Positions 1 through 9,623 of a stretch of 64,000 bases of DNA are shown one piece after another. The notes under the pieces are model-generated. The model was not told where the DNA came from. It was given only the letters and a program-made list of their open reading frames with translations, and did no database searches. A program made the translations under genes and the position numbers. Numbering within the stretch: position 1 is the stretch's first letter; the number at the start of each line of letters is the position of its first letter. This DNA is from Solirubrobacteraceae bacterium. GTDB lineage: Bacteria; Actinomycetota; Thermoleophilia; Solirubrobacterales; Solirubrobacteraceae. Location: NCBI GenBank assembly GCA_029263125.1, contig JAJCYD010000005.1:103720-167719 (forward strand), written 5' to 3'.

Positions 1-858
1 CATGATCTCGCAGGTCGCGACACGGCCGCCGTCGGTCGCACGGACGAGGCGCTGGGAGATGACGCCCTTCAGCGTCCCGGCGAGCATCGAGCGGACCTGC
101 TGGTGCATGTGCGGCGGGAAGAAGTCGATGATGCGGTTGACGGTCTCGGCGGCGTCGACGGTGTGCACGGTCGACAGCACAAGGTGGCCGGTCTCGGCGG
201 CGGAGAGCGCGGTGTGCACCGTCTCCTCGTCGCGCATCTCCCCGATCAGGATCACGTCGGGGTCCTGGCGCAGCACGCGACGCAGCGCGTGCTTGAAGGA
301 CAGCGTGTCCATCCCGACCTCGCGCTGGTTGATGATCGACTGCTTGTCGACGTGCAGGAACTCGATCGGGTCCTCGATCGTGACGATGTGCTTGGACATC
401 GTGTGGTTGATGTGATCGAGCATCGCCGCAAGCGTCGTGGACTTGCCCGAGCCGGTGGTCCCGGTCAGCAGGATGATGCCGCGCCCCTCCTCGGAGAGGT
501 CGGTGATGACCGGCGGCAGCAGCAGGTCGGAGACCGAGCGAATCGAGACGGGGATCGCCCGGCAGACGATGCTCAACGCGCCGCGCTGGCGGAAGGCGTT
601 GACGCGGAAGCGCGCGACACCGGAGATCGAATAGGAGAAGTCGACCTCGAACTCCTCGGCCAGCTCGTTGAGCTTGACCGGGTCCTGGAGCATCGTGCTC
701 ACAGCCTGTTCGGTGTCATGGGCGGTCAGCGGCGGTTGGTCCTCGATGGGACACAGGTCGCCGTCGACGCGGGTCATCGGCGGGGTCTCGACCTTCAGGT
801 GCAGGTCCGATCCCCCGGATGCCACCAGTGTGCAGAGGGCGTTGTCGATGTCGAACAC
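1..858 (-). CDS. pilT: Type IV pilus retraction ATPase PilT (C-terminus lies beyond the window edge; absent from the supplied ORF track)
   Basis: My own reverse-strand translation reads VFDIDNALCTLVASGGSDLHLKVETPP...GIILLTGTTGSGKSTTLAAM...IVTIEDPIEFLH...QREVG...LRQDPDVILIGEMRDEET...LSTVHT...ATCEIM. It has Walker A and the PilT/GspE signature blocks. The GTG at 858 is in frame with the Walker A codons. Confidence 0.85.
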   Translation of the reverse strand, partial: MFDIDNALCTLVASGGSDLHLKVETPPMTRVDGDLCPIEDQPPLTAHDTEQAVSTMLQDPVKLNELAEEFEVDFSYSISGVARFRVNAFRQRGALSIVCRAIPVSIRSVSDLLLPPVITDLSEEGRGIILLTGTTGSGKSTTLAAMLDHINHTMSKHIVTIEDPIEFLHVDKQSIINQREVGMDTLSFKHALRRVLRQDPDVILIGEMRDEETVHTALSAAETGHLVLSTVHTVDAAETVNRIIDFFPPHMHQQVRSMLAGTLKGVISQRLVRATDGGRVATCEIM

Positions 859-940
859 GTGGCCCCCATCGGTCGCTGCGGGCCGGCGCCTGAGAGCCGG
901 GTGGGGCCAACTGGACGAATGTCGTCGGTCGTCAACCCGG

Positions 941-1843
941 CTAGCTCGTCGCAGCTGCCCCCAGCGCGCTGCGCAGCGCCCGCGCGAACGCCTCGGGCTG
1001 CTCGACCGCGGGGTCGTCGGCGGCGCCGTCGATCACGTGCAGCGGCCATCCATAGCGCGTGCTCGCCGCCTGCGCGACGGACAGCCGGACCTGGAGATCC
1101 TCGCGGCCCCAGATCAGGGTCGTCGGGACGGCGATCTGCTCCAGCTGCGTCGCTTCGATCGCGGGCAGCGCGAGCGCCGGCATCAGGCTGCGCAGCGCCG
1201 CCTTGCCGGCGGCGCTGCGCGCTCCCTGCAGGGCGTAGGCCTCGAGCGTCGCCAGGCGGTCGCCCATCGCGTCGCGCAGGCCGTCGTGGTCGGCCATGCA
1301 GACGCGCATCAGACCGCGCTGCGAGCGCGGGGAGGGTCGCGCCACGAAGCGCACCAGCCCCAGCGCGAAGCGCGGCGCCGGCCGAAATCGCGCGAGGCCG
1401 TAGGAGTCGACCAGCACGAGCCCGCTGAGCGTGCCCGCGGCGGCCGCGAAGCGCGCCGCCAGCGCGCCGCCGAGCAGATGGCCAACAACGACCGGCGGCG
1501 ACGAGCACGTCTGCTCGATCAGCTCGCCGAGCCAGGTCAGCATGCGTGGGGCGTCCAGCGCGCCGTCGAACTCGACGGAGGCGCCGTGGCCGGGCAGGTC
1601 GGGCGCGATCACGCGATGGTCGTTGGCGAGGCCGGGGATCACGCGCGTCCACGTCGCCGCGAACTCGCCCGGGCCGTGCAACAGGATCAGCGGCGGACCA
1701 TCGCCGCCCTCCAGCACGGCGGTCGAGATGCCCGCCAGCCGCAGGCGCCGCTCCGAGACGGGCATCGTCGCCAGCAGGCGCGCGCGAGCGCTGTCGCCTC
1801 CAATGGCGCCCTGCGCGGGGCGCGGCCGTGTGATCGTGGTCAT
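941..1843 (-). CDS. Alpha/beta-hydrolase-fold protein that appears to lack its catalytic residues
   Basis: LILLHGPGEFAATW...APDLPGHGAS fold signature. The nucleophile elbow reads GHLLGG rather than GxSxG, and the His position reads GAADDP. GAGGAG lies 6 nt upstream of the ATG at 1843. Confidence 0.8.
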   Translation of the reverse strand: MTTITRPRPAQGAIGGDSARARLLATMPVSERRLRLAGISTAVLEGGDGPPLILLHGPGEFAATWTRVIPGLANDHRVIAPDLPGHGASVEFDGALDAPRMLTWLGELIEQTCSSPPVVVGHLLGGALAARFAAAAGTLSGLVLVDSYGLARFRPAPRFALGLVRFVARPSPRSQRGLMRVCMADHDGLRDAMGDRLATLEAYALQGARSAAGKAALRSLMPALALPAIEATQLEQIAVPTTLIWGREDLQVRLSVAQAASTRYGWPLHVIDGAADDPAVEQPEAFARALRSALGAAATS

Positions 1844-1972
1844 GGGGGTCTCCTCATGGTCGGCGGTCTGCTCCTGTGGCAACCGAAGCTACGAGCGGAG
1901 CGCCGTGCGCGCATCGCCTGAACGACCCAACCGCGAGCCGGCGAGCGCATGGGTCCTTTCACCCAGCGCGGC

Positions 1973-3610
1973 TCACAGCAGCTCGTGCCGGTAGGCATAG
2001 GCAGTGGCGGCGGCGCGCGAGGAGACGCCGAGCTTCACGTAGATGTTGCTCACGTGGCGGTCGATCGTGCGCTGGCTGAGCACGAGCTCGGAGGCGATCT
2101 GGCGGTTGGTCGCTCCGGCGACGAGGCGGCGCAGCACCTGCAGCTCGCGCCTGCTCAGACCGTGGGCGTCGTCCGCGCCGCCATCGTGCTCGCCGGCATC
2201 GATCGACGCCAGGTCCGGCCCTGCGCCGAGCCTTTCGAGGGCGTCGCGCGCCTCGCCGAGCTCGAGCCGCGCCGCGTCGTCGTCGCCCAGCGCGTGGCAG
2301 GCGCGGCCCACCAGGATGCGGGCGCGAGCCGCCTCGTAGGGGGCTTCGAGCTCGTGCCACACGCGCCACGCGCGGCGCAGGCTGGGCAGCGCCGCGGCGG
2401 GATCGCCGTCGGCGAGCTCGACGGCTCCGCGGGCATGCTCGACGATCGCCTCCAGGACGTCGCTGGCATGGCCCGCGGCCAGCGCCTGCAGCTGCTCGGC
2501 GGCGCTGCGGGCGGCGGCGACGTCGCCGCCGGCGAGCAGGATCTCGACGCACGCGGGCAGCAGCTTGATCTGGGCCAGCCGGTCGGTCGTCTCGCCGACC
2601 GCGCGCCGGATCGCCGCGCAGGCAGCGTCCGCGTTGCCCTGCGCCAGGCGCAGCAGCGAGAGCCCTGGCTGCGCCTCGCGACCACAATGGCCAGCCTCCC
2701 TGTACGCCGCCTCGGCAGCTTCGAAGCGGCCTCGCAGGCGGTGGATCTCGCCCTCGAGGTAGGCGGCCTCGCCGACCGTCTTGCGGTTGTCGCCCTCTGC
2801 CGCCCTGCGGCTGGCGCGCCGCGCCTCCTCCAGCGCCTCGGGCCAGGCGCCCCTGAGCTGCATGATCTCGGCACGGTGCACGAGGCAGCGGCCGCTGAAG
2901 GCGACCATGTCGGGCTGGCGTTCGCACCAGCGCGTCAGGGCCGCCGTCCACTGCTGTGCGCGACGCGGTTCGTAGGCGGCCTGGCAGCCGAGGATCACGC
3001 CGCAATAGACCAGCCCACTGGCGATCGGCGAGAGCTCGCCGGTCGTGACGGACACCATCGCTTCGTCCAGCAGCGCCAAGCCTTCATCGACCCGACCGGC
3101 GTTGACCAGCAGGTGCCCCTGAAGGTGCGTCGCCAGGGCGAAGAGGTCCTGATCACCGAAGCGCTGGCCGATCGCGGCGACCTCGGCGGCGACCGCAGCG
3201 CCCGCCTCCATGTCGCCGGCGCTCTCGTGCCGGAAGGCGCGCGGCAGCAGCAGGTAGCCCTGCTCGACGCAGTCCTCGCCGTGACCGTCCACAAGCCGCT
3301 GCGCGCGGCCCAGCCAGCCGCTGCCGCGGCCGAGCTCCCCGCTCATGAACAGATGCGTCCCGGTCCAGAAGGCACAGCGCGCCGCGCGCAGCGTCGCGCC
3401 GGCCTGCAGGTGGGCATGGTGTGCGAGCTCGAGCTCGCTGACGTACTCGTCGTCGCGACCGAGCATGTAGGACGAGGTCGCCAGCAGCTCGAGGTCGGCG
3501 GCGCCCAGCCCGGCCTCGAGGTCGGCGCGCGACAGCGCGTCGTGGGCGGCCCGCCACGCGCGGGCGTCATAGGCGTCGCGGCCTTGCTGGAGCTCGTCGA
3601 GATCCGCCAC
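1973..3610 (-). CDS. LuxR-family transcriptional regulator with a long helical/TPR-like N-terminal region
   Basis: C-terminal HTH LSRRELQVLRRLVAGATNRQIASELVLSQRTIDRHVSNIYVKLGV. GTG start at 3610 (VADLDELQQGRDAY); the upstream part of the long ORF looks non-coding. Confidence 0.8.
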   Translation of the reverse strand: MADLDELQQGRDAYDARAWRAAHDALSRADLEAGLGAADLELLATSSYMLGRDDEYVSELELAHHAHLQAGATLRAARCAFWTGTHLFMSGELGRGSGWLGRAQRLVDGHGEDCVEQGYLLLPRAFRHESAGDMEAGAAVAAEVAAIGQRFGDQDLFALATHLQGHLLVNAGRVDEGLALLDEAMVSVTTGELSPIASGLVYCGVILGCQAAYEPRRAQQWTAALTRWCERQPDMVAFSGRCLVHRAEIMQLRGAWPEALEEARRASRRAAEGDNRKTVGEAAYLEGEIHRLRGRFEAAEAAYREAGHCGREAQPGLSLLRLAQGNADAACAAIRRAVGETTDRLAQIKLLPACVEILLAGGDVAAARSAAEQLQALAAGHASDVLEAIVEHARGAVELADGDPAAALPSLRRAWRVWHELEAPYEAARARILVGRACHALGDDDAARLELGEARDALERLGAGPDLASIDAGEHDGGADDAHGLSRRELQVLRRLVAGATNRQIASELVLSQRTIDRHVSNIYVKLGVSSRAAATAYAYRHELL

Positions 3611-3776
3611 GAGAAGAACGTACCTAGCCCGCTGTCCGACAGTCGATGGGTGAGATCGGCCTGTTCTCGCCCGCACGCACGTTGGGTAGTACTGCCGATG
3701 CGGGCGCCACGCCGTCGGACGTACGTTGCCGGCACGCTTTCCGCAACGGACGGTTGGCACAGCCAAGGAGACAGAC

Positions 3777-4940
3777 ATGGCCAACGAGACGACCCACCCG
3801 TCGCGCGGCGCCGGCCCCCGCAGCGCGACCCAGGCCCCAGGCCCCGCCGGCGTCGAGTCGGTCGAGACCGTGATCATCGGCGCGGGCCAGGCGGGCCTGG
3901 CGACCGGCTACCACCTGACCCGCAGCGGCCACGCGTGCGTGATCCTCGAGGCCGACGCGTGCGTCGGCGCCCAGTGGCGGCGGCGCTGGCCGTCGCTGCG
4001 GCTGTACTCGGCCGCGCGCCTGGACGGGCTGCCGGGAATGCGCTTCCCGGCCAGCGCGAGCTCGTTTCCGAGCGCCGCTCAGATGGCCGACTACCTCGAG
4101 GCCTACGCCGAGCGCTTCGAGCTGCCCGTGCGCTGCGGCGTGACCGTCGACGGACTGCGCCGCAACGGCGAGCGCTACGTCGTCACGACGGGCTCGCGGC
4201 GCTACGAGGCCGACAACGTCGTGGTGGCGAGCGGAGGGTTCCGCGACCCGTACGTGCCGCAGCTCGCGGCGCAGCTGGACCCGGCGATCCTCCAGCTGCA
4301 CTCCAGCGACTATCGCGAGCCCGGGCAGCTGCGACCCGGTCCGGTGCTCGTCGTCGGCGCCGCTCATTCCGGCGCGGACATCGCGTGCGAGGTCGCGGCC
4401 GAGCATGAGACGGTGCTGTCGGGCCCCGCCACGGGGCAGCTGCCGTTTCGCTGCGACGGGCCGTTGGCGCGTCACCTGATGCCGCCCGTGCTGCGCGTGC
4501 TCGCCACGCGCGTGCTGACCGTGCGCACGCCGATCGGTCGCAAGGCACGCGCGAAGGTGCGCTCCGGCGGCGGCCCGCTGCTGCGCCATCGCTCGCCCGA
4601 GCTGCGCGCGGCCGGCGTCGAGCGCGTGCTGGAGCGCACGTCCGCGGTCGTCGACGGCAGGCCCATGCTCGAGGGCGGCCGCGTGATCGATGCCGCGAAC
4701 GTCATCTGGTGCACGGGCTTTGACAACGACTACGGCTGGATCGCCTGCGAGCTGCCGATCGGCGACGACGGCTACCCCGTGCAGCGGCGCGGCGCGGTTG
4801 ACGGCTGCCCGGGGCTGTACTTCGTCGGGCTCACCTTCCAGGACTCGTTCAGCTCGATGCTGATCCTGGGCGCAGGGCGCGACGCCGCCGGCGTCGCCGC
4901 GCAGATCGGCCAGCACGCGCCGCGCCCGGTGGCCGCCTGA
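3777..4940 (+). CDS. FAD/NAD(P)-binding monooxygenase-like oxidoreductase (flavin-containing monooxygenase class)
   Basis: Two dinucleotide-binding motifs (IIGAGQAGL and VVGAAHSGADIA). AAGGAG lies 7 nt upstream of the ATG at 3777. Divergent from the LuxR gene. Confidence 0.75.
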   Translation: MANETTHPSRGAGPRSATQAPGPAGVESVETVIIGAGQAGLATGYHLTRSGHACVILEADACVGAQWRRRWPSLRLYSAARLDGLPGMRFPASASSFPSAAQMADYLEAYAERFELPVRCGVTVDGLRRNGERYVVTTGSRRYEADNVVVASGGFRDPYVPQLAAQLDPAILQLHSSDYREPGQLRPGPVLVVGAAHSGADIACEVAAEHETVLSGPATGQLPFRCDGPLARHLMPPVLRVLATRVLTVRTPIGRKARAKVRSGGGPLLRHRSPELRAAGVERVLERTSAVVDGRPMLEGGRVIDAANVIWCTGFDNDYGWIACELPIGDDGYPVQRRGAVDGCPGLYFVGLTFQDSFSSMLILGAGRDAAGVAAQIGQHAPRPVAA

Positions 4941-5087
4941 GGACCCCGCGGCGGGCGACCGAGCGCGAGCCCGCAAGCTCGTCTGCCGCGAGCAGCAGCT
5001 CGATCATGGCGCCGTCCGTAGCGGATGGCGTTCAGGTCGCGCTGGGCGGGTGCGCGAGGACGTTGATGATGTGGCCCGACGAGACGT

Positions 5088-6188
5088 CTAGGCGACGTCG
5101 CGGAGCTTCTGGGCCTCCGCGAGGGACTGCAGCTTCTTCAAGGACTGGTTCTCGATCTGGCGGATGCGCTCGCGCGTGACGTTGAACGTGCGGCCCACCT
5201 CGTCGAGCGTGCGGGGGTGCTCGCCGCCGAGGCCGTAGCGCAGCTCGAGCACGCGGCGCTCGCGGTAGGAGAGGTTCTCCAGTGCCTCGCGCAGCGCCTC
5301 CTTGGTGAGGATCTCCGCGGCGCGCTCGTAGGGCGACTCGGCACGCTCGTCGGCGATGAACTGCCCGAACTCGGACTCCTCCTCGTCGCCGACGGGCTTC
5401 TCCAGCGAGACCGGCGCCTGCGCGGAGCGCTTGATCGAGTCGACCTCCTCGGGATCGATGCCGGTGACCTCGGCGATCTCCTCCGGGGTGGGCTCGCGAC
5501 CGAGCTCGGTGACGAGCTTGCGCTCGGCGCGGCCGATCTTGTTGAGCTTCTCGACGACGTGGACCGGGATCCGGATCGTGCGCGCCTTGTCGGCGAGCGC
5601 GCGAGCGATCGCCTGACGGATCCACCAGGTCGCGTAGGTGGAGAACTTGAATCCCTTGCGGTAGTCGAACTTCTCCGCCGCGCGCACGAGACCGAGCGTG
5701 CCCTCCTGGATGAGGTCGAGGAACGGCAGCCCCTGGTTGCGGTAGTTCTTGGCGATCGAGACGACAAGGCGCAGGTTGGATTCGACCATCTTCTGCTTGG
5801 CGTCGAGGTCGCCGCGCTCGATGCGCTTGGCGAGGTCGACCTCCTCTTGGGCGGTGAGCAGACGGACCTTTCCGATGTCCTTCAAGAACAGCTGAAGGGA
5901 GTCCGTCGTCATGTCCGGCTTGAGGTCGATCGTCGTCTTCTTGCGCGCACGGCGCTTGTCGGGCGCGCGCTCGACGGCGTTGGCGGCCGCAGCGGCTGGA
6001 TCGATCTCCTCGACGAGCTCGATCTCCGACTTCTCCAGGTAGCCGTGGAGCTCTTCGATGTCGGCCTCGTCGAGATCGACCTCGGCGACCGCGCCGGCGA
6101 TCTCGGCGTACGTGAGCACGCCGGTCAACTGGCCCTTGGCGACCAGGCCCTTGATCTCTTCGAGTTCTTGCAGTTCGACTACGGACAT
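5088..6188 (-). CDS. rpoD: Principal RNA polymerase sigma-70 factor
   Basis: Acidic region 1, [12 protein letters not shown] (region 2.4) and [19 protein letters not shown] (region 4.2). ATG at 6188 (MSVVELQ). Confidence 0.93.
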   Translation of the reverse strand: MSVVELQELEEIKGLVAKGQLTGVLTYAEIAGAVAEVDLDEADIEELHGYLEKSEIELVEEIDPAAAAANAVERAPDKRRARKKTTIDLKPDMTTDSLQLFLKDIGKVRLLTAQEEVDLAKRIERGDLDAKQKMVESNLRLVVSIAKNYRNQGLPFLDLIQEGTLGLVRAAEKFDYRKGFKFSTYATWWIRQAIARALADKARTIRIPVHVVEKLNKIGRAERKLVTELGREPTPEEIAEVTGIDPEEVDSIKRSAQAPVSLEKPVGDEEESEFGQFIADERAESPYERAAEILTKEALREALENLSYRERRVLELRYGLGGEHPRTLDEVGRTFNVTRERIRQIENQSLKKLQSLAEAQKLRDVA

Positions 6189-6428
6189 TGCATTCGCTTT
6201 CACGTCGTGCGCCGACTCTGGGATCCGCCCGCACACTCGAATAACCGAGGCGAGGACTGTACTTCTGGGGCAGCACCTCGCCCAACCTAAGAGGCCAACT
6301 GTAGCGTGCCGACTCAGCCACTACTACGAGTCGGTGGGCCGCCCGTCTCACGTCGCGCTGCGGGATGGCGCCGAGCACGTGGCATCATGCACGTCGTGTC
6401 TGAAGATCCCGATCCAGAGCGCGAGGTC

Positions 6429-7025
6429 ATGACGAGCCTGCCGCGCACGAGACCCGCGCGCCGCAGCTCCAAGCGGGCGCCTCGGCAGACCGCCGACGGC
6501 ACGTCCAACGGCTCCACGGCGGACCTGCCGCCGGACAGCGCGGGAGGGCAGTCGCGCGACACGCCCAAGGCGACGACGCCGGCCAAGCACAAGCCGACGG
6601 CCAAGCCCACGCCGACGGCCAAGCCCAAGGCACAGGCCAGGCCCAAGACACAGGCCAGGCCCAAGGCACAGGCCACGCCCAAGGCCCAGGCGACGACGGG
6701 GCCGGGCGCGCCGCGCCGCGAGCCACGCCGCACTCCGCGTCCCAAGCCCGCAACCGCGACGTCCGGCGATGCACCGGCAAAGCGGCGCACGGCGCCGCCG
6801 AGCGACGCGCCCCGCAGCGATCCGCCACGCGACCCGCCCAAGCGCAAGGTGCCGGCCGCCGGATATGCCGCTCCGTCCAGCCCACCTTCGGAGGATGCGC
6901 CCACGTCGCCGGTCTCGGACCTCGTGACGACGACGATGCAGGCCGCGGGCGAGCTGGCGCAGATCGGGGTCGACGTGGGGCGCTCGGCGCTGCGCTCGAT
7001 GCTGGACCGCCTTCCCAAGGCCTGA
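6429..7025 (+). CDS. Basic Pro/Ala/Lys/Thr-rich low-complexity protein with a C-terminal amphipathic helix
   Basis: High third-position GC throughout. Contains KAQARP-type tandem repeats and ends ...TTMQAAGELAQIGVDVGRSALRSMLDRLPKA. The start is ambiguous (6387 or 6429). Confidence 0.55.
   Translation: MTSLPRTRPARRSSKRAPRQTADGTSNGSTADLPPDSAGGQSRDTPKATTPAKHKPTAKPTPTAKPKAQARPKTQARPKAQATPKAQATTGPGAPRREPRRTPRPKPATATSGDAPAKRRTAPPSDAPRSDPPRDPPKRKVPAAGYAAPSSPPSEDAPTSPVSDLVTTTMQAAGELAQIGVDVGRSALRSMLDRLPKA
6627..6698. repeat. In-frame 18-nt tandem repeat, about 4 units
   Basis: Units are aaggcacaggccaggccc / aagacacaggccaggccc / aaggcacaggccacgccc / aaggcccaggcgacgacg. They encode KAQARP-KTQARP-KAQATP-KAQATT. 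Confidence 0.9.
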
Positions 7026-7202
7026 CGAGATAGGGTCCGCGAGGTCTGCCGGTCTCCGGGTCTCCCGGAGAGCGGGGTGATCGACGAGCCGGTAGGGACA
7101 CCGGATCGGCGGGGAGCACGGGTCGCGCGACGGATGGCCTCGCGCGCTCGGCCGCGGCCTCTTGGGCCGGCTGCCCCTTCCCCGCAGGCGGCGAACCCTG
7201 TG

Positions 7203-7919
7203 ATGTTCTGCGTCCGTTCAGACCGCACCGCCTTCACCGCCGCGCTCTGTGCGGGACTGGCCTGCTGCACGTTCGCAGCCTCAGCGCGCGCCGACCGCGA
7301 AACCGGCGGCGCCTCGACGCCGACGAAGATCCCCAAGAACGTGGCTCCCGCGGGTTATGGCACGCCCGGCAAGCGGTCGATCGTGGCCGCTTCGACCGCC
7401 GTCGTCGGCAAGCGGGTGATCGTCCGAGGAACGATGCCCGGCGCCGCTCGCCGGCGCGTGTACCTCCAGCGCCTGGATCCCAAGCGGGGGTGGCGCAACG
7501 TCGCTCGTGCGCGCGTTCGCAGCACCAAGCGGCTGCTCATCCGCTGGAAGCCGCAGCGCAGCGGGCGCACGAGCCTGCGCGTGGTCCTGCGGCGCCGCGT
7601 GGGCGCGGCGGGCACCGCGCCCGTCGCGAACATCAACGTCTACCGGCCGGCGCGGGCGACGCTCTTCGGGCCGGGACTGTTCGGTCGCCAGACGTTCTGC
7701 GGCCAGAGGCTCACGCCTGACCTGCTGGGCGTCGCCCATCGCCGCCTCGCGTGCGGAACGCTCGTGGCGATCCTGCACAACCGCCGCGAGATCGTCGTCC
7801 CGGTCGTCGACCGCGGCCCGTTTCACGCGGGCTTCGATTGGGATCTCACGCAGGGCACAGCCGATCTACTGGGGTTCGAGGGCACCGGCGACATCGGCTA
7901 CGTACGCGCCGTCGACTAG
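7203..7919 (+). CDS. Secreted RlpA-like double-psi beta-barrel protein (septal ring lytic transglycosylase family)
   Basis: N-terminal signal peptide MFCVRSDRTAFTAALCAGLACCTFAASARA. C-terminal DPBB block FCGQRL...VAHRRLACGTLVAILHNRREIVVPVVDRGPF. Confidence 0.75.
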   Translation: MFCVRSDRTAFTAALCAGLACCTFAASARADRETGGASTPTKIPKNVAPAGYGTPGKRSIVAASTAVVGKRVIVRGTMPGAARRRVYLQRLDPKRGWRNVARARVRSTKRLLIRWKPQRSGRTSLRVVLRRRVGAAGTAPVANINVYRPARATLFGPGLFGRQTFCGQRLTPDLLGVAHRRLACGTLVAILHNRREIVVPVVDRGPFHAGFDWDLTQGTADLLGFEGTGDIGYVRAVD

Positions 7920-7929
7920 CGTCCGCGCC

Positions 7930-8649
7930 ATGGCCGCGGCCGTCGCCCTGATCCTCGGGCTCGCGCTCGCCTGGTTCGCCGGGATCCGGCGGCTGCTCAA
8001 CCGCTCCAGGCTCGTCGCCCGGTCGATCATCGCCGACCCCGAGCAGCACACCACGATGGATGCGCGCGGGGCGGTGCGCTCGGTCCAGGCCGCCGACGTG
8101 ACGCTTCCGGCAGGCGCCCTGCGGGAGATCTGGACGCCGATGCACCTCGAGCGCCTCGCGCGCACCTACTGGCGCTTTCTGTCGCGCTGCACGCTCGGCG
8201 TGATCCACGTGAGCTACGACGAGTCCAGCCGGGCGGTCGTGCTGCTCACGCGGCCCTTCGTCCTGCTGCGCTTCCACGCGCCGGACTACGAGATGGACGC
8301 CGACCGCGGCGTCGTGCGCTGGCGGATCGCCCGCGGCGTGCTCGTGTCGCGCAGCGGCCATGACGGCGACGGCTACCTGCAGATCGAAGTGCGCCGCTGC
8401 GCAGCGGTCGATCCCGAGACCGCGCGCGTGCACGTCGAGGTGGAGGTGGCGAACTTCTATCCGGCCCTGGCCAGCGCGGTCGCCCGCTGGTTCTACTCGG
8501 CGACGCAGTCGCGCATCCACGTGATCGTCACGCACGGCTTTCTGCGCTCGCTGGCCCGGCTGGACCTCGAGCCGTCGGTCGTTGGCCGCTACGCGGCGAC
8601 AGAGGATCGCGGCGACGTTCCCGATCGCAGCGATCGATCCGGCACGTGA
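7930..8649 (+). CDS. Hypothetical protein with an N-terminal transmembrane helix
   Basis: ATG at 7930 (MAAAVALILGLALAWFAG). Coding-like composition. I recognise no family. Confidence 0.55.
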   Translation: MAAAVALILGLALAWFAGIRRLLNRSRLVARSIIADPEQHTTMDARGAVRSVQAADVTLPAGALREIWTPMHLERLARTYWRFLSRCTLGVIHVSYDESSRAVVLLTRPFVLLRFHAPDYEMDADRGVVRWRIARGVLVSRSGHDGDGYLQIEVRRCAAVDPETARVHVEVEVANFYPALASAVARWFYSATQSRIHVIVTHGFLRSLARLDLEPSVVGRYAATEDRGDVPDRSDRSGT

Positions 8650-8703
8650 TGCCGGCCGGTCCGGCCGCACGCGATCGTGGCGTGCGGTCCGGTGCCGGAG
8701 TGC

Positions 8704-8937
8704 CTATGCGCCGCGCGGGTGCGCGGTGTGGCGCGGGAGGTGCCGGCCTTCCAGCAGCCGCGGCACGAACATGAGCGCGGCGAAGCCGACGAGCACGTAG
8801 ACCGCGTCGGTGAGGGTGCCGGTTCCGAAGATCTCGGACACGACATTGGTGTCGAACAGCGCGATGACGGCCCAGTTCAGGCCGCCGACGATGAGCAGGG
8901 CGATCCACAGGGGATCGAGCCGCTTGAGGAGTTCCAT
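8704..8937 (-). CDS. DUF378-family small membrane protein
   Basis: LLIVGGLNWAVIALFDTNVVSEIFG...YVLVGFAAL pattern. AAGGAGG lies just upstream of the ATG. Confidence 0.75.
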   Translation of the reverse strand: MELLKRLDPLWIALLIVGGLNWAVIALFDTNVVSEIFGTGTLTDAVYVLVGFAALMFVPRLLEGRHLPRHTAHPRGA

Positions 8938-9017
8938 CACGCCTCCTTTGATTGACGCGACGGGGTGTATGGGACGTCACCTGATACCCCGCCGCTTGCG
9001 GGAGGTTTCACCGTTTC

Positions 9018-9470
9018 TCAGATCATGCCCGGGGGCTTGCGGGCCCCGGCGGACTCCCCGCTTCGCAAGGCGGCGCCGGTGAGCATCAGCAGGCTCCCCG
9101 CCAGCGCGACGTACCACCCCCAGCGAAGCTCGATCTGGCCGGGCGGCTCACCCGGTCGATCGATGACCCCGACGTAGAGCACCAGGCCCACGACGAGGAT
9201 CGACAGGACGGCGGTCAGCTCTCCACGTGCCCACGACAGCTGGTGATCGCGTGCGATCACGTAGGCGAGAACGAACGGAGCGATCGCGATCACCAGGAAG
9301 ACCCAGCGCAGGATGTGGTGGACCTGCCAGGCGCTCTTGTCGCCGATGCCGGCAGAGCCGGCGATCTCGGCCAGCGGGCTCACCGCGGCATACCAGGGGC
9401 CGAACACGCAGGCCGCGAGCAGCAGCGCTCCGAACATCGCGGCGAGCTCCTTGGGCGTCAGACGCTGCAT
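9018..9470 (-). CDS. Hypothetical integral membrane protein (about 4 TM helices)
   Basis: Hydrophobic segments with coding-like GC3. No recognisable family. Confidence 0.55.
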   Translation of the reverse strand: MQRLTPKELAAMFGALLLAACVFGPWYAAVSPLAEIAGSAGIGDKSAWQVHHILRWVFLVIAIAPFVLAYVIARDHQLSWARGELTAVLSILVVGLVLYVGVIDRPGEPPGQIELRWGWYVALAGSLLMLTGAALRSGESAGARKPPGMI

Positions 9471-9623
9471 CTCCGGGGAACGTACCGCTCGGGCGCGCCG
9501 TGGGATCGGCGCCGCGAGGCTCGGCGCACATCAACACCCGGTACGGGGTGGACGATGCAGGCATCGCGATCATCACTGTCACCTCGTGTTGCTGCTCAAC
9601 GAGCGGCTGATCCTGATCAGCAT

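Noticed and set aside
1949-4408. 819-aa plus-strand ORF. Similar giant ORFs include 12687..14852 (-), 17159..18751 (-), 22770..25187 (-), 53287..55266 (-), 44750..46144 (-) and 59064..60485 (-).
   Set aside because: All are Arg/Ala/Pro/Gly-rich and lie antisense to, or out of frame with, genes that have clear family signatures. They also overlap each other. This is the usual open-frame artefact of DNA with about 70% GC.
6590-6700. Short tandem repeats, checked as a possible CRISPR or VNTR locus.
   Set aside because: The units are contiguous 18-mers with no spacers, and they are in frame inside a low-complexity coding region.
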